Shown in pieces: positions 1 through 10,100 of a stretch of 64,000 nucleotides of DNA; position 1 is the stretch's first letter, and every line of letters starts with the position of its first letter. This DNA comes from a virus. The stretch spans positions 32,001 to 96,000 of IMG/VR virus record IMGVR_UViG_3300027659_000011; one strand, written 5' to 3'. The notes under the pieces are model-generated. The model was not told the origin of the DNA. It saw only the letters and a list, made by a program, of their open reading frames with translations, and ran no database searches. The translations under genes were made by a program, and so were the position numbers.

Positions 1-1133
1 GACATTTAGCAGGAGTTTTCTCCCTACGTCTTAAAGAAGCACTATTTTTAAATGTAACAGATACAGGCACAGGATATAGAGATTTTAAGCTAGATCTAGG
101 CGAGGGAGTCGATAAAACCTCTATAGATACCTTAGAAAGAATAATGAAAGTAGTACTAGATGCAGACTACTTAACCAGTAATATTGTAGACAGAGAGAGT
201 ATATTTGCAAGGGCAACTAAAACTGTCTTAGGTAATAGACCTCACTTAGAAGTAGAACTACAGTATAAAAGAGATAATGAAGAAGCCGGTAAATTACTGG
301 CAACTACTGGTAAATATTTAAATGATTTAATTAAAACTATATCTTCAAAAACTGGAAGATCAGATAAAGATGCTACTGATAGTTTTAAAAAACTAATAAT
401 TAGCTTAAAACCTTTAACTGAAGTAGTTATAGCTAAAGCAGCAGAACTACAAAGTACACCTTCTAGCAGAGATTTAGCTAATTTAATAGCTGGAGACGCA
501 AGAGCCTTAAATCAGTTAGCAAGCTCTTTAGTAAATACTAAAGGATCGCCTTCTTTAAAAGAATCAATTAGTAAAAATATAGCAAGTATAATAAAAACTG
601 GAAAAACTTTAGAAGCAGTTACTACAAAAGTAACTGAAAAAGTATCAAAGACCAGTAAAGATAAAGACGTTGAAGCTTTAAATAAAACTTTTAAACAAGT
701 AGGTAAAGCACTTAAGCAAGTACATGCTCAAATAAGTAAGCATAATAAAATATCTGGAACTAAAGCAGTATCAGCTACACAGCCATCTGCTGCACTACAG
801 CGTATGCCTTCTATGACCTCTTTGCAGGCATATATTAACGAGAATTTACAAAGTGTAATTTCAGCTAATATGGGTGGAGGCACAGAGCATAGTATTTTAA
901 ATTATCGTACAGGAAGATTTGCTGAATCTGCTAAAGTAACAGCAGTTTCACAAAGTAGACAAGGTTTAATAACTGCTTTTTACACTTATATGAAAAATCC
1001 ATATCAGACTTTTGAACCTGGATTTAAACAAGGTAGCCCTGCATCAAGAAATCCAAAATTGCTTATTTCTAAGTCAATTAGAGAAATTGTAGCAAATAAG
1101 GTAAGTAATAACTTTAGGGCACAAGCACTATGA
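1..1133 (+). CDS. Tail completion protein (T5 p143-like), 5'-truncated by window edge
   Basis: Frame of ORF 144-1133 is open back to nt 3 (HLAGVFSLRLKEALF...), so the gene probably starts upstream. C-terminal LNYRTGRFAES...FYTYMKNPYQTFE...RNPKLLISKSIREI resembles T5-like tail completion proteins; lies before terminator and tube genes. Confidence 0.6.
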   Translation, partial: HLAGVFSLRLKEALFLNVTDTGTGYRDFKLDLGEGVDKTSIDTLERIMKVVLDADYLTSNIVDRESIFARATKTVLGNRPHLEVELQYKRDNEEAGKLLATTGKYLNDLIKTISSKTGRSDKDATDSFKKLIISLKPLTEVVIAKAAELQSTPSSRDLANLIAGDARALNQLASSLVNTKGSPSLKESISKNIASIIKTGKTLEAVTTKVTEKVSKTSKDKDVEALNKTFKQVGKALKQVHAQISKHNKISGTKAVSATQPSAALQRMPSMTSLQAYINENLQSVISANMGGGTEHSILNYRTGRFAESAKVTAVSQSRQGLITAFYTYMKNPYQTFEPGFKQGSPASRNPKLLISKSIREIVANKVSNNFRAQAL

Positions 1134-1573
1134 CTCGTAGAACATCTATTGTAAAAGCAATTGCTGAAAAAATGCAAGTGCAATTAAACGGGATTACCTA
1201 TCCATCAAATGTATATGGTAATGCCTATCCCTCACTAAAATTTTGGGATGAAGTAAATGATTTTCCTTGTGTATATATGAGTCCTGGCACTGAAATTCGT
1301 CAATACGAACTTTCAGCATTTGCTTGGGGCTTAATGAATGTAAGCATAAAGGTTTATGCCCGTGGAGAAGATGCTCAGCTACAACTCGAGCAGTTGTTAG
1401 AAGATATTGAGAAACTACTAGAAAATAACAAAAATCTAGTATACGACGCCACAAAAAATCTGATAACTACTGAATTCTTAGTAGTATCTATAACAACAGA
1501 TGAGGGACTTCTAAAACCTTATGCTGTCGGAGAAATTAACATACAAGTACGTTATCAAGTTATGTATGTATAA
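1130..1573 (+). CDS. Tail terminator protein (T5 p142-like)
   Basis: 147 aa; FWDEVNDFP and SITTDEGLL.P..GEI motifs; immediately upstream of tail tube gene. Confidence 0.7.
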   Translation: MTRRTSIVKAIAEKMQVQLNGITYPSNVYGNAYPSLKFWDEVNDFPCVYMSPGTEIRQYELSAFAWGLMNVSIKVYARGEDAQLQLEQLLEDIEKLLENNKNLVYDATKNLITTEFLVVSITTDEGLLKPYAVGEINIQVRYQVMYV

Positions 1574-1674
1574 GTAGCCATAAGGCTATTAACAAATCGT
1601 ATCCTAACGCACCAATCACAGATAAATATCTAGTAATGTGTCCGCAGGATGCACAAAATTAAAGGAATTAGATA

Positions 1675-3099
1675 ATGGCAGCAACATTTAATCTAGTAAG
1701 AAATAGTAGAGTATTCTACACTACTAATGTAAACGCAAATACCGGCGTAGTAGCCGCTAGCGGTTTTACTACTGGAAATACACTAGAACTTCAAGTTTTA
1801 GATGGATTTACTTTTGGTCAAACTTCAAACGCAGACACAATCACAATTTCTGAAGCAGGTGCTACACCTACTCGAGGTCAGCGATCTTTCAACACAAGTT
1901 TAGGTCAAGCGGACTTCTCGTTCTCCACCTATATTAGACCTTCTAAGGCCGGTACTGTAGGCTCCGTTGTAAAATGCGAAGAGTCAGTACTATGGAATTC
2001 CTTACTTGGTTCTGTAGCTATCGGTGCATCAAATGCTATTGGAGTTGATTATACAGCTGCTTTAACAACACCTACTGCTGTTGGTTATACGGGCGGTACT
2101 CTAACAGTTACTGGCGCCACTGGCGACTTAGTAGTTGGTGAAACAGTTATGATGACTGGTCACGCAACAGCAGACCATAATACTGCTATTCGGATTACTG
2201 CAGTTACTGCAGGTACTAGCTGGGAAGGTCAGTGGTTATCAAACCCTGCTACACCAAGCACAACAGCTGCAGACTATGACAATGTAATCTTACGCAGAAC
2301 AGCTTGGAATGAACAAGGTACTGCTTACGCAGAAGTTACAACCTCTTTAAGTAACAAAAATCAACTAGTTAAGTTTGGTATGATTATGGTAGTTGATTCA
2401 ATTACTTATGTAATTGATAACTGCTGTTTAAATCAAGCCGACATTCAATTTGGTTTAGATGGTATTGCAATGGTAGCTTGGACAGGTATGGGAACAGCCC
2501 TACGTCAAGTTGCAACAACAGCTGCATTTGCCACTACTACACCATTTGCAATTACTGGTGGACTAACTGGTAACTACACATACAAAAATACTACTGCTGA
2601 TTTTATTACTAATAAGCTAAGTACTGTTACCCTAAAAACAGGTATCAAAGGTTCTGGAACCGCATACAATCTAGCCTTAACAGGTGGACAAGTAACAATT
2701 AACAATAATGTTACATATGTAACACCTGCTAACCTTGGCGTTGTTAATCAACCAGTAGGATACTACACAGGTACTCGTGCTATTTCAGGTAATGTAACAG
2801 CCTACTTACGTACAGGTACTACTAATACTGCAGGATTACTTAATACGTTACTAGCAGCATCTTCTACATCTGCTGGAATTGAGCCACAGTATCAACTTAT
2901 TGTATATGTAGGCGGAGCTTCTGCTACTACACGTGTTGAACTTGAAATGCCAATGGCGTTTGTACAGATTCCAACAATTGATGCTCAAGCAGTTCTATCA
3001 ACCACAATTAACTTTACTGCTGAAGGTCATATCAATGACGCAAGCGGTATTGATATCGAAAATACTAATGAACTAGAAGTTCGTTATTTCCGCGCTTAA
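1675..3099 (+). CDS. Major tail tube protein (T5 pb6-like)
   Basis: 474 aa; NLVRNSRVF, VLDGFTFGQ, RGQRSFNTSL..ADFSFSTYIRP, YYTGTRAISGNVTAYL, QIPTID..VLSTTINFTA motifs; RBS AAGGA; synteny. Confidence 0.8.
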   Translation: MAATFNLVRNSRVFYTTNVNANTGVVAASGFTTGNTLELQVLDGFTFGQTSNADTITISEAGATPTRGQRSFNTSLGQADFSFSTYIRPSKAGTVGSVVKCEESVLWNSLLGSVAIGASNAIGVDYTAALTTPTAVGYTGGTLTVTGATGDLVVGETVMMTGHATADHNTAIRITAVTAGTSWEGQWLSNPATPSTTAADYDNVILRRTAWNEQGTAYAEVTTSLSNKNQLVKFGMIMVVDSITYVIDNCCLNQADIQFGLDGIAMVAWTGMGTALRQVATTAAFATTTPFAITGGLTGNYTYKNTTADFITNKLSTVTLKTGIKGSGTAYNLALTGGQVTINNNVTYVTPANLGVVNQPVGYYTGTRAISGNVTAYLRTGTTNTAGLLNTLLAASSTSAGIEPQYQLIVYVGGASATTRVELEMPMAFVQIPTIDAQAVLSTTINFTAEGHINDASGIDIENTNELEVRYFRA

Positions 3100-3110
3100 G
3101 CGGTTTTTAC

Positions 3111-3142
3111 AGGTGCCGGCTTGATCATCGGCACCTCTTTTT
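3111..3142 (+). terminator. Intrinsic terminator after tail tube gene
   Basis: AGGTGCCG...CGGCACCT stem followed by CTTTTT. Confidence 0.6.
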
Positions 3143-3169
3143 AGTGTTATTATAATAGGAAAAAAATCA

Positions 3170-3601
3170 ATGTCAACAGCAGCACCTGCTCTATCATTAA
3201 AATCATTACTAGTACCCAGTAAAACAGTCGAAGTAGACTATCCTGGACTTAATGGATTCAAAGTCAATGTAGTATTTTTATCAAGAGAAAAACTTGTTGA
3301 AATTCGAAAGAAAGCAACAAAGACAGCTTGGAAAAATCGTCAAGCGACTGATGAACTAGACGATAAGTTGTTTCTACAACTTTACGTAAATGCTTGTATC
3401 AAAGGCTGGAAAGGCCTAAAACTAAGTTATCTTGAGCAACTAGCTCCAGTAGACTTAGCAGGACAAGATCTAGAAAGCGAACTGCCCTACGATCAAGATA
3501 ATGCCCTATTCTTAATGCAGAGTTCTGCAAATTTTGACGCCTTTATTTCGGAAACTGTTAGCGAGCTAGCAAATTTCACGAAGACCAGTACATCGAGTTA
3601 A
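3170..3601 (+). CDS. Tail assembly chaperone (gpG analogue)
   Basis: 143 aa between tube and tape measure genes; slippery A AAT TTC near its 3' end. Confidence 0.75.
   Translation: MSTAAPALSLKSLLVPSKTVEVDYPGLNGFKVNVVFLSREKLVEIRKKATKTAWKNRQATDELDDKLFLQLYVNACIKGWKGLKLSYLEQLAPVDLAGQDLESELPYDQDNALFLMQSSANFDAFISETVSELANFTKTSTSS
3571..3577 (+). other. Programmed -1 ribosomal frameshift site (A AAU UUC)
   Basis: X XXY YYZ heptamer phased correctly in ORF 3170-3601; -1 frame is stop-free from 3571 into ORF 3643-3966. Confidence 0.75.
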
Positions 3602-3642
3602 ATAAGTTACTAAAATCTTACTTTGATAATAGCAGTCTTAAA

Positions 3643-3966
3643 ATGACAAAAGAAGCATATTTTGAAATGTGCGAGGCACTTGGTAGTGAGCCTGAAGAGT
3701 CTGAGATCCCAGTGGATTTTGCAGATTTACCAGACGAAGTACAATATGCATTTGGAGTTTACGGTAAGTTACGAGATGAGTGGGATGGGTTCAATGGAGT
3801 GTATCTTGGAAAAAATTTCACAGGTATACTTGATATATTTAATATATTAGATGTGCCGGTCGAAAATAAACGCGGATTATTTGAGTTAATATCAATTATT
3901 GATATTCATAGGTCTAATGCAATAGCACAGAACAAAGAAGCTAAAAAGTCAGAGCAATCAAAATGA
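3643..3966 (+). CDS. Tail assembly chaperone, second part (gpT analogue; probably expressed as a frameshift fusion)
   Basis: In the -1 frame relative to 3170-3601; no clear SD before ATG 3643; position just before the tape measure gene. Confidence 0.7.
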   Translation: MTKEAYFEMCEALGSEPEESEIPVDFADLPDEVQYAFGVYGKLRDEWDGFNGVYLGKNFTGILDIFNILDVPVENKRGLFELISIIDIHRSNAIAQNKEAKKSEQSK

Positions 3967-3967
3967 G

Positions 3968-4001
3968 AAACCCCTATACTGAAAGGTATAGGGGTTTTTT
4001 T
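3968..4001 (+). terminator. Intrinsic terminator
   Basis: AAACCCCTATAC-TGAAAG-GTATAGGGGTTT plus T run. Confidence 0.85.
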
Positions 4002-4023
4002 ATGAGTTAAAAAAATTTGCTTA

Positions 4024-4052
4024 TTGACTTCTGCGTGCTCGCGTGCTATAAT
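4024..4052 (+). promoter_or_regulatory. Sigma70-type promoter for tape measure gene
   Basis: TTGACT-17 nt-TATAAT with extended -10 TG and upstream A/T tract. Confidence 0.8.
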
Positions 4053-4105
4053 GTGGAGGATGAAATAATATTACATTGTTTTAAAAGATGTTTATTGGAG
4101 GCCGC

Positions 4106-7100
4106 ATGGCAACAGAACAATCAACGATTGAAGTAAACGTACTCACCAAGGGCTTAACTGAAGCCACGGCGAGTGCGCAGAAATTACATGATATAATGAA
4201 GGCAACTTCGAACATAGCCGCGAATATTCGTATTCCTACGGCTGTTCAGGCTGCCCAAGAACAAGTAGCTGCTACAAATAATAGAAGATCTTCACCAGTT
4301 ATGGCTGGTTCGACTCCTAAAGGTGGAGGCAAGGGCAATGAGTATGGTACTGCAAGAGGTACTCTAGGCACAGGCGCTGAAGGCCGAGACTTCGCTAAAC
4401 AAGCTCAAGGTCTTGGTGGACTAGTACACGTTTATGCTACATTTGCAGCTAACTTATTTGCTGTTTCCGCAGCATTTTCTGCACTTTCAAAAGCAGCAGA
4501 TACTACTAACATTATCAAAGGTTTAGATCAACTAGGTGCCCAAAGTGGTAGATCTCTTGGCGGAGTTGCCAAGGCTATGGTTGAAGTTACTGGTGGTGCT
4601 TTAAGTTTAAGAGAAGCAATGACTTCTACAGCGCTTGCAAGTTCTGCAGGCATGACTAATGCTGCCATGATAAGAATGACTGAAGTAGCTAAAAAGGCTA
4701 GTTTGGCTCTTGGTAGAGATATGGGCGATTCTATGGATCGTCTTACAAAAGGTATTGCTAAAGTTCAGCCCGAACTATTAGACGAACTTGGTATTATGGC
4801 TAGGGTTATTCCTTCTCAAGAAAAATATGCTAGAGAATTAGGTAAATCCGTAAGTGCTTTAACTGACTTTGAAAAGAAGCAAGCGTTTGCTAATGCTGTA
4901 TTAGAAGAAGGTGAAAGAAAATTTAGTTCAATTAATATTGATACTAATCCCTATACACAACTGTCAGCAAGTTTAGCTAACGTAGCGCAGACTGGCCTAG
5001 AGTTAGTAAATACCGTACTTGGACCATTAGCCTCAAGCTTAGCAAAAAGTCCAACAGCATTAGGACTAGCACTTACAGGTATTGCCGGTATATTATTAAA
5101 ACAAGCCATTCCAGCACTAGGACAATACAGAAAAGGGCTTGAAGCAGTAAATGCAGAAAACTTGAAAAAAGTTTCTGAAATGCAGAAGATTCAAGGTGAA
5201 GCAGGTTATGATTACGATACTAAAATCGTAGGCGAACGAGCACGTAAAAAATATTTAGTAGAAAAAGACTTTGCTACAAAGTCTCTAGATGAGCAAAAAA
5301 AGATAACGGCCCAAGCAAATAAAATTGCAGATGCAGCAGCAGAAGCCTCAGCAGCTAGAGCAACTAGTTTACTAGGTCACGAAACGACAACTAATAAAAT
5401 TCGTGACAGAATGTATCAAACCACTGCTATAAGTGGTGCAAAATATAATGTAAGCCAAATTCAAGGCGCATATGGTATGACTGCAGCATTTTCACAACTA
5501 AGTGAAGAGATGACAAAACTTCAATCTAAAACTAATACTATTGATGTTGGTGGTGGATTGATGCGCCAAGTCCCTGCAATTAATAAATTTAGCGCAGCAC
5601 TAGTAGGTATATCTGGAGCCATAGCTATTATAGGAACTACAATAGGTACTTTAATAAATCGTTTCGCACCATGGATTATAGCAATTACAGCTTTTGCATC
5701 TGCTGTATCGTTTTTAATAGATTACTTTAAAACAGCTACTACAGCAGTAAATGCTTCAGCAAAAGCCCTTGAAGGAATAACCACAGCAGCTAAAACCATA
5801 GGCGATACTCTTGATGCTATAGAGAAAAAACCATTTTTAGAGCAAATTAGTAATGCATCTGTACAAGCTAAAGCTGCGGCCATAAATGAACTTAGTTCAA
5901 GCTTAGGGCTACTAGTAAAACGCAATAAAGAAGCCAGTGAAAAAGTAGCAAAAGGTAGTTATGCGGATTCAATTGGAGATCAACGCTTGACTTACCGTTT
6001 AGATAGAGCCTATAAGGTAGGAGACGCCTATACAAGTAATTTAGGTAGAGAACTAGCAGATGGAACACAACAAGCATTAGTTGCAGCTTCTAAGTTAATA
6101 GTAGGTAGCACAGAAGAAGCAACCTACAGAGCCAGTATTAAGAATATATTAGGTATATCATATAGCGACTCAGATAATTTAGAAAAACAACTGAAAAATA
6201 TACCAGACGAATTAATTAAGAAATTACCTAAATTACAAAAATCTTTAGAGGATACCAATAAAGCTATAAATAATGCAGCGTCCGCAGGTAAAGAGCTTGA
6301 TGACGCTTGGACTGCAGCTACAAAAACTTTTGATAATTTAATGACTAGTTTAGCTATAACAGATCCACTTGGCAAACTAGGTGATGAAACTATTAAAGTT
6401 GGTATAGCCATGACTAAGGCTTTTGAAGATCCTGCAAATAAATTAGCAGAATTAAGTAAAACTTCTAAGGATATGTCTAGACTAAGATTTATGTCCCCTG
6501 AAACTGCAAAAGACATGATGTTATTTGCAGGACAATTAGATCAATCCGCTAAAAAAGTAGACAAGCTAAAAGAAAAATTAAAAACTTCTAGAGAAAATGA
6601 AAATAAATCTTCTAAAGAAGTCGGAATGTTTGGAAAATTCACAGACTTTTTAGGAATTACAGATAATCCTGGTGATTTAAAGAAAGCACAACAAGAGTCT
6701 AAAAATATTAACAAACAGATTGCTGCTGAAGCTAATAATGTAGAATACCAAAAATTATACTTAAAATCTCAAGATGAAGTATTTGCTAAAGGTGCAAAAC
6801 TTGTAAACGATTCTATAAGTCAATCATTTGCTAAAGCAAATATTGCCTTAAGCCAAACCGTTTTAGCTAATGCAGGAAATACTAAAGAAGGTATAAGAGC
6901 ATTAGCAGATTTAGCAAAACAACAAATAGATGTTGAATCTGGCAATCTTAATGCAATGCTTCAATTAGCAATAGTTACCAGTGAACTAGCTAAAATTCAA
7001 GAAGAAATATTAATTGCAGAAAAACGCAAAGAATTAAAAAGAGATAATAAAGACGGTAATATTAGCAATGAGGATTTTAAACGTCAATCAAGCGAGCTTA

Positions 7101-10100
7101 CTAAAAGAGCAATTATACTAGAAACATCTAGAGAAAAGCAAAATGCTTCATTTAAAAATAATGCTGCAGACTTAAATGCCACAGGTCCAGGCTCAGACAT
7201 TACAAGACGAGCTGCTCAAATGAATTACCCTTTAGTGTCTATGACAGAATCAGTAAGAGCACAATTAGCTTTAAATACAGCTAAAAAAATGGGTATAGAC
7301 ATTGATGCAAAAGGTAAAGAAATACTACTTGATATTGATGGAATTATCCGTCGTAATGATTTGACATCTAAAGGTTTAAGTCTAAAAGCTGCAGAATTAG
7401 GTCTTCTTGCTCAAAGTTCTCAGTATGAAAGTGAAGCTGCAGTATTGCAAAAACAAAGTATTGATCGCAGTATTACAGATCTTGCACAAGAAAAAGAGAG
7501 ACTAAACATAGTTGGTCAAATAAAAGACGCAGAAATGCGTGCTAGTCAGGCAACAGATCCAAAAACTAAAGCCACAGCTAATGCCAGTGCACTGAAGTTT
7601 AGAAATGATCTAGCTGATAAAGAAAAACAGATTGCAATGGATGTTCAAATACTGGATCTTAAAAATATCCAAGAACTAAAAAATGCAAAAATTGCAGAAT
7701 TTAACTACTTAAAGGATTTCCAGTTATTAAATAATACAATTAATACTGAGAGTTTGTCAGCAATTCAATCTACTACTAGTTTATATTTAGACTTTGTACA
7801 ACAGCAAAAGGCCGGTATAGAACTAAGTAACTTAAAACTTAATTTTGATAAGCAGTCTAACGCAGAGTTACAAAATCAAATTATATTACAAGATCGACTA
7901 AATAAACTCAGAAGAGATTCTAGCTCAGATCCTAAAACAGTATTAATAGCACAAGAGGCACTATCACAGTCTACAGCAAAAATAGCTCAAACTCAAATGA
8001 AGTACGAAGCTGATGTTGCCAACGTCAACATTAAAAATCAAAAGCTAAGATTAGACGGATTGGAATCAATACGTAAAAGACAAGCAGATTTAGCTTTTTC
8101 AGAAATAGAAAGCGCTAATAAAATAGCTCTTATTAAACTAGATGCAGAAGATAAGTTAATTCAGGCAAAACTAAGTTTAGGTAGAATTTCTGAAACTACA
8201 GCTGCCAGAATGACAGCAAAACTTGCTCAAGATAGATTTGAGAAAGAACTAGATACTCAAAGTAAGGCAGAGAAAAAACTTCAAGAAGAAGAATTTAATG
8301 CTAAACTGGCTAGAGCAGATCAGCTAAATAGTGCTTTAACCGAGCTAAATAGAGAGCAAGAAACTGAACGTGTAGAAGCAGCACGTAAAGCCCAAGAAGA
8401 GATTGACAAACTTAGAAAAACACCAGTTTCTATACCTGGACAAGATATACCAGGATCTAAGTCTCAAGATGTCATTGACACTGGTATAGCTCAACAAGTA
8501 GAAAAGCTTAATAATCTTCAAGAAGTTCAAAACAAGCAAGCTCAAGAAACAAGAAACAATTTTGCACTACAAGATAGTGAAGCTACTAGTGCTGCAAATA
8601 GACGCGTAGCTGAACAAGGTGCTTTAAATACGCTTAAAAAACAAGAGCTACAGTACGCATTTCAGATTGGTGAACAACAAGCTAAACTTAACCAATTATC
8701 TAAAGACCAAGCTTTCTACACAGAAATGGCAGAATCAGCTGCAAAAAGTTTTGCAGCAGGATTAACAGATGCTGGTAAAGCTATGGGTGATGTAATTAAG
8801 TTATTTGCACAAACTGCAACAATAACAGAAAAATATAACATCGAAAGACTTAATGCTGAAAAAGCCATAGCCGATAAAGCAGGAAAAACAGCAGAAGATC
8901 AGAAAAGAGATGTAACAAATCTTAATCAATTAGATGCAAAATATTATGCAAGTAAGCTTGATGGGGCCGCTAGTATAGCTAGTGCTTCTGCAGGTTTATT
9001 TGATAAAGATAGTAAAACTTATAAACAGTTGATGAGTTTAGAAAAAGCGTTTCACTTAATGAAAATTGCTGGTATGGTATTTCAACAAGCTATGTTCCTA
9101 AAAGACTGGGTTGTTAGAATGACTAGTACTAAAGCAGAGATGGCTTTAACTGGTACTAAAAATGCCACTGATACTGGAAGCTCAATGTTTGGTAGCTTGG
9201 GTAAAATGTTTGGTTTTGGTGGTCCTAGTACTGCTGCTGCCGGCACTGCTAGTCAGACTGCACTAGTTACAACAGATCTAGCTATGGGCGGAGGTGCAAT
9301 GGCTGGAAACGCAGCAACAACTGCAGCAACCGCAACTGGTGGAGCCACAGCAGGAGCAGCAGGAGCAGGTGGCATGGGTGCAAGTCTAATGGCCGCAGGC
9401 CCTTATGTATTAGCAGCAGTTGCTGTATACAAGCTACTTGGGCTTGGTGATAAAAAACCACCAGGACCAACTCCTGAAGAACTAGCCTCAGTTAGTGGTA
9501 CGGGTATGCGTTATAATGCTGCAGGCAAACTAGAAGCAACAGGTACAGGTGCTTTAGGAGATGCTAAAGCAGCTAATGAAAGCATAGCAAAAAGTATTGA
9601 CTATTTAGGTAAAATTAACTACGAAAACTTACAGTTTGATAAAAATAAAGCCCTAGTAGCATTAGAAGCTATTAGAGATAATACTGAAAACTTTGTAAAT
9701 TCAATTGGAGCAACTGGTAAAATAGGAGATATGACCGCAGGTGGAGTAGAGTTAAACAAGAAAAGCGGATTCTTAGGATTTAGTTCCAGCGCTACTAGTT
9801 TAGCAGCTAGTGGTGTAATTATATCTGGTACTATCGGTCAAATTGCTGATGGGCTGGGAGGATCTGTTAAAAAGTTTGAAGATATTAGAACACAGACTAG
9901 TAAGTGGTGGGGTTTAAAAACCCGCACCACTATAGACCGTTCATATCAAGAAGTAAACCAGGATGCAAAAGATTTTCTACAAGCTACAGTAGGTAGTTTT
10001 AGAGCAGGAATTCAGGCGTCAGCAGCTGCATTTGGTCAAGACGGTGGAATATTAAAACCAATTATTGATCAAATGGATATCAGCTTTACTGCATATCAAA

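Noticed and set aside
3121-3156. Promoter TTGATC...TATAAT before the chaperone gene
   Set aside because: Spacing is 24 nt and the -35-like hexamer lies in a terminator loop
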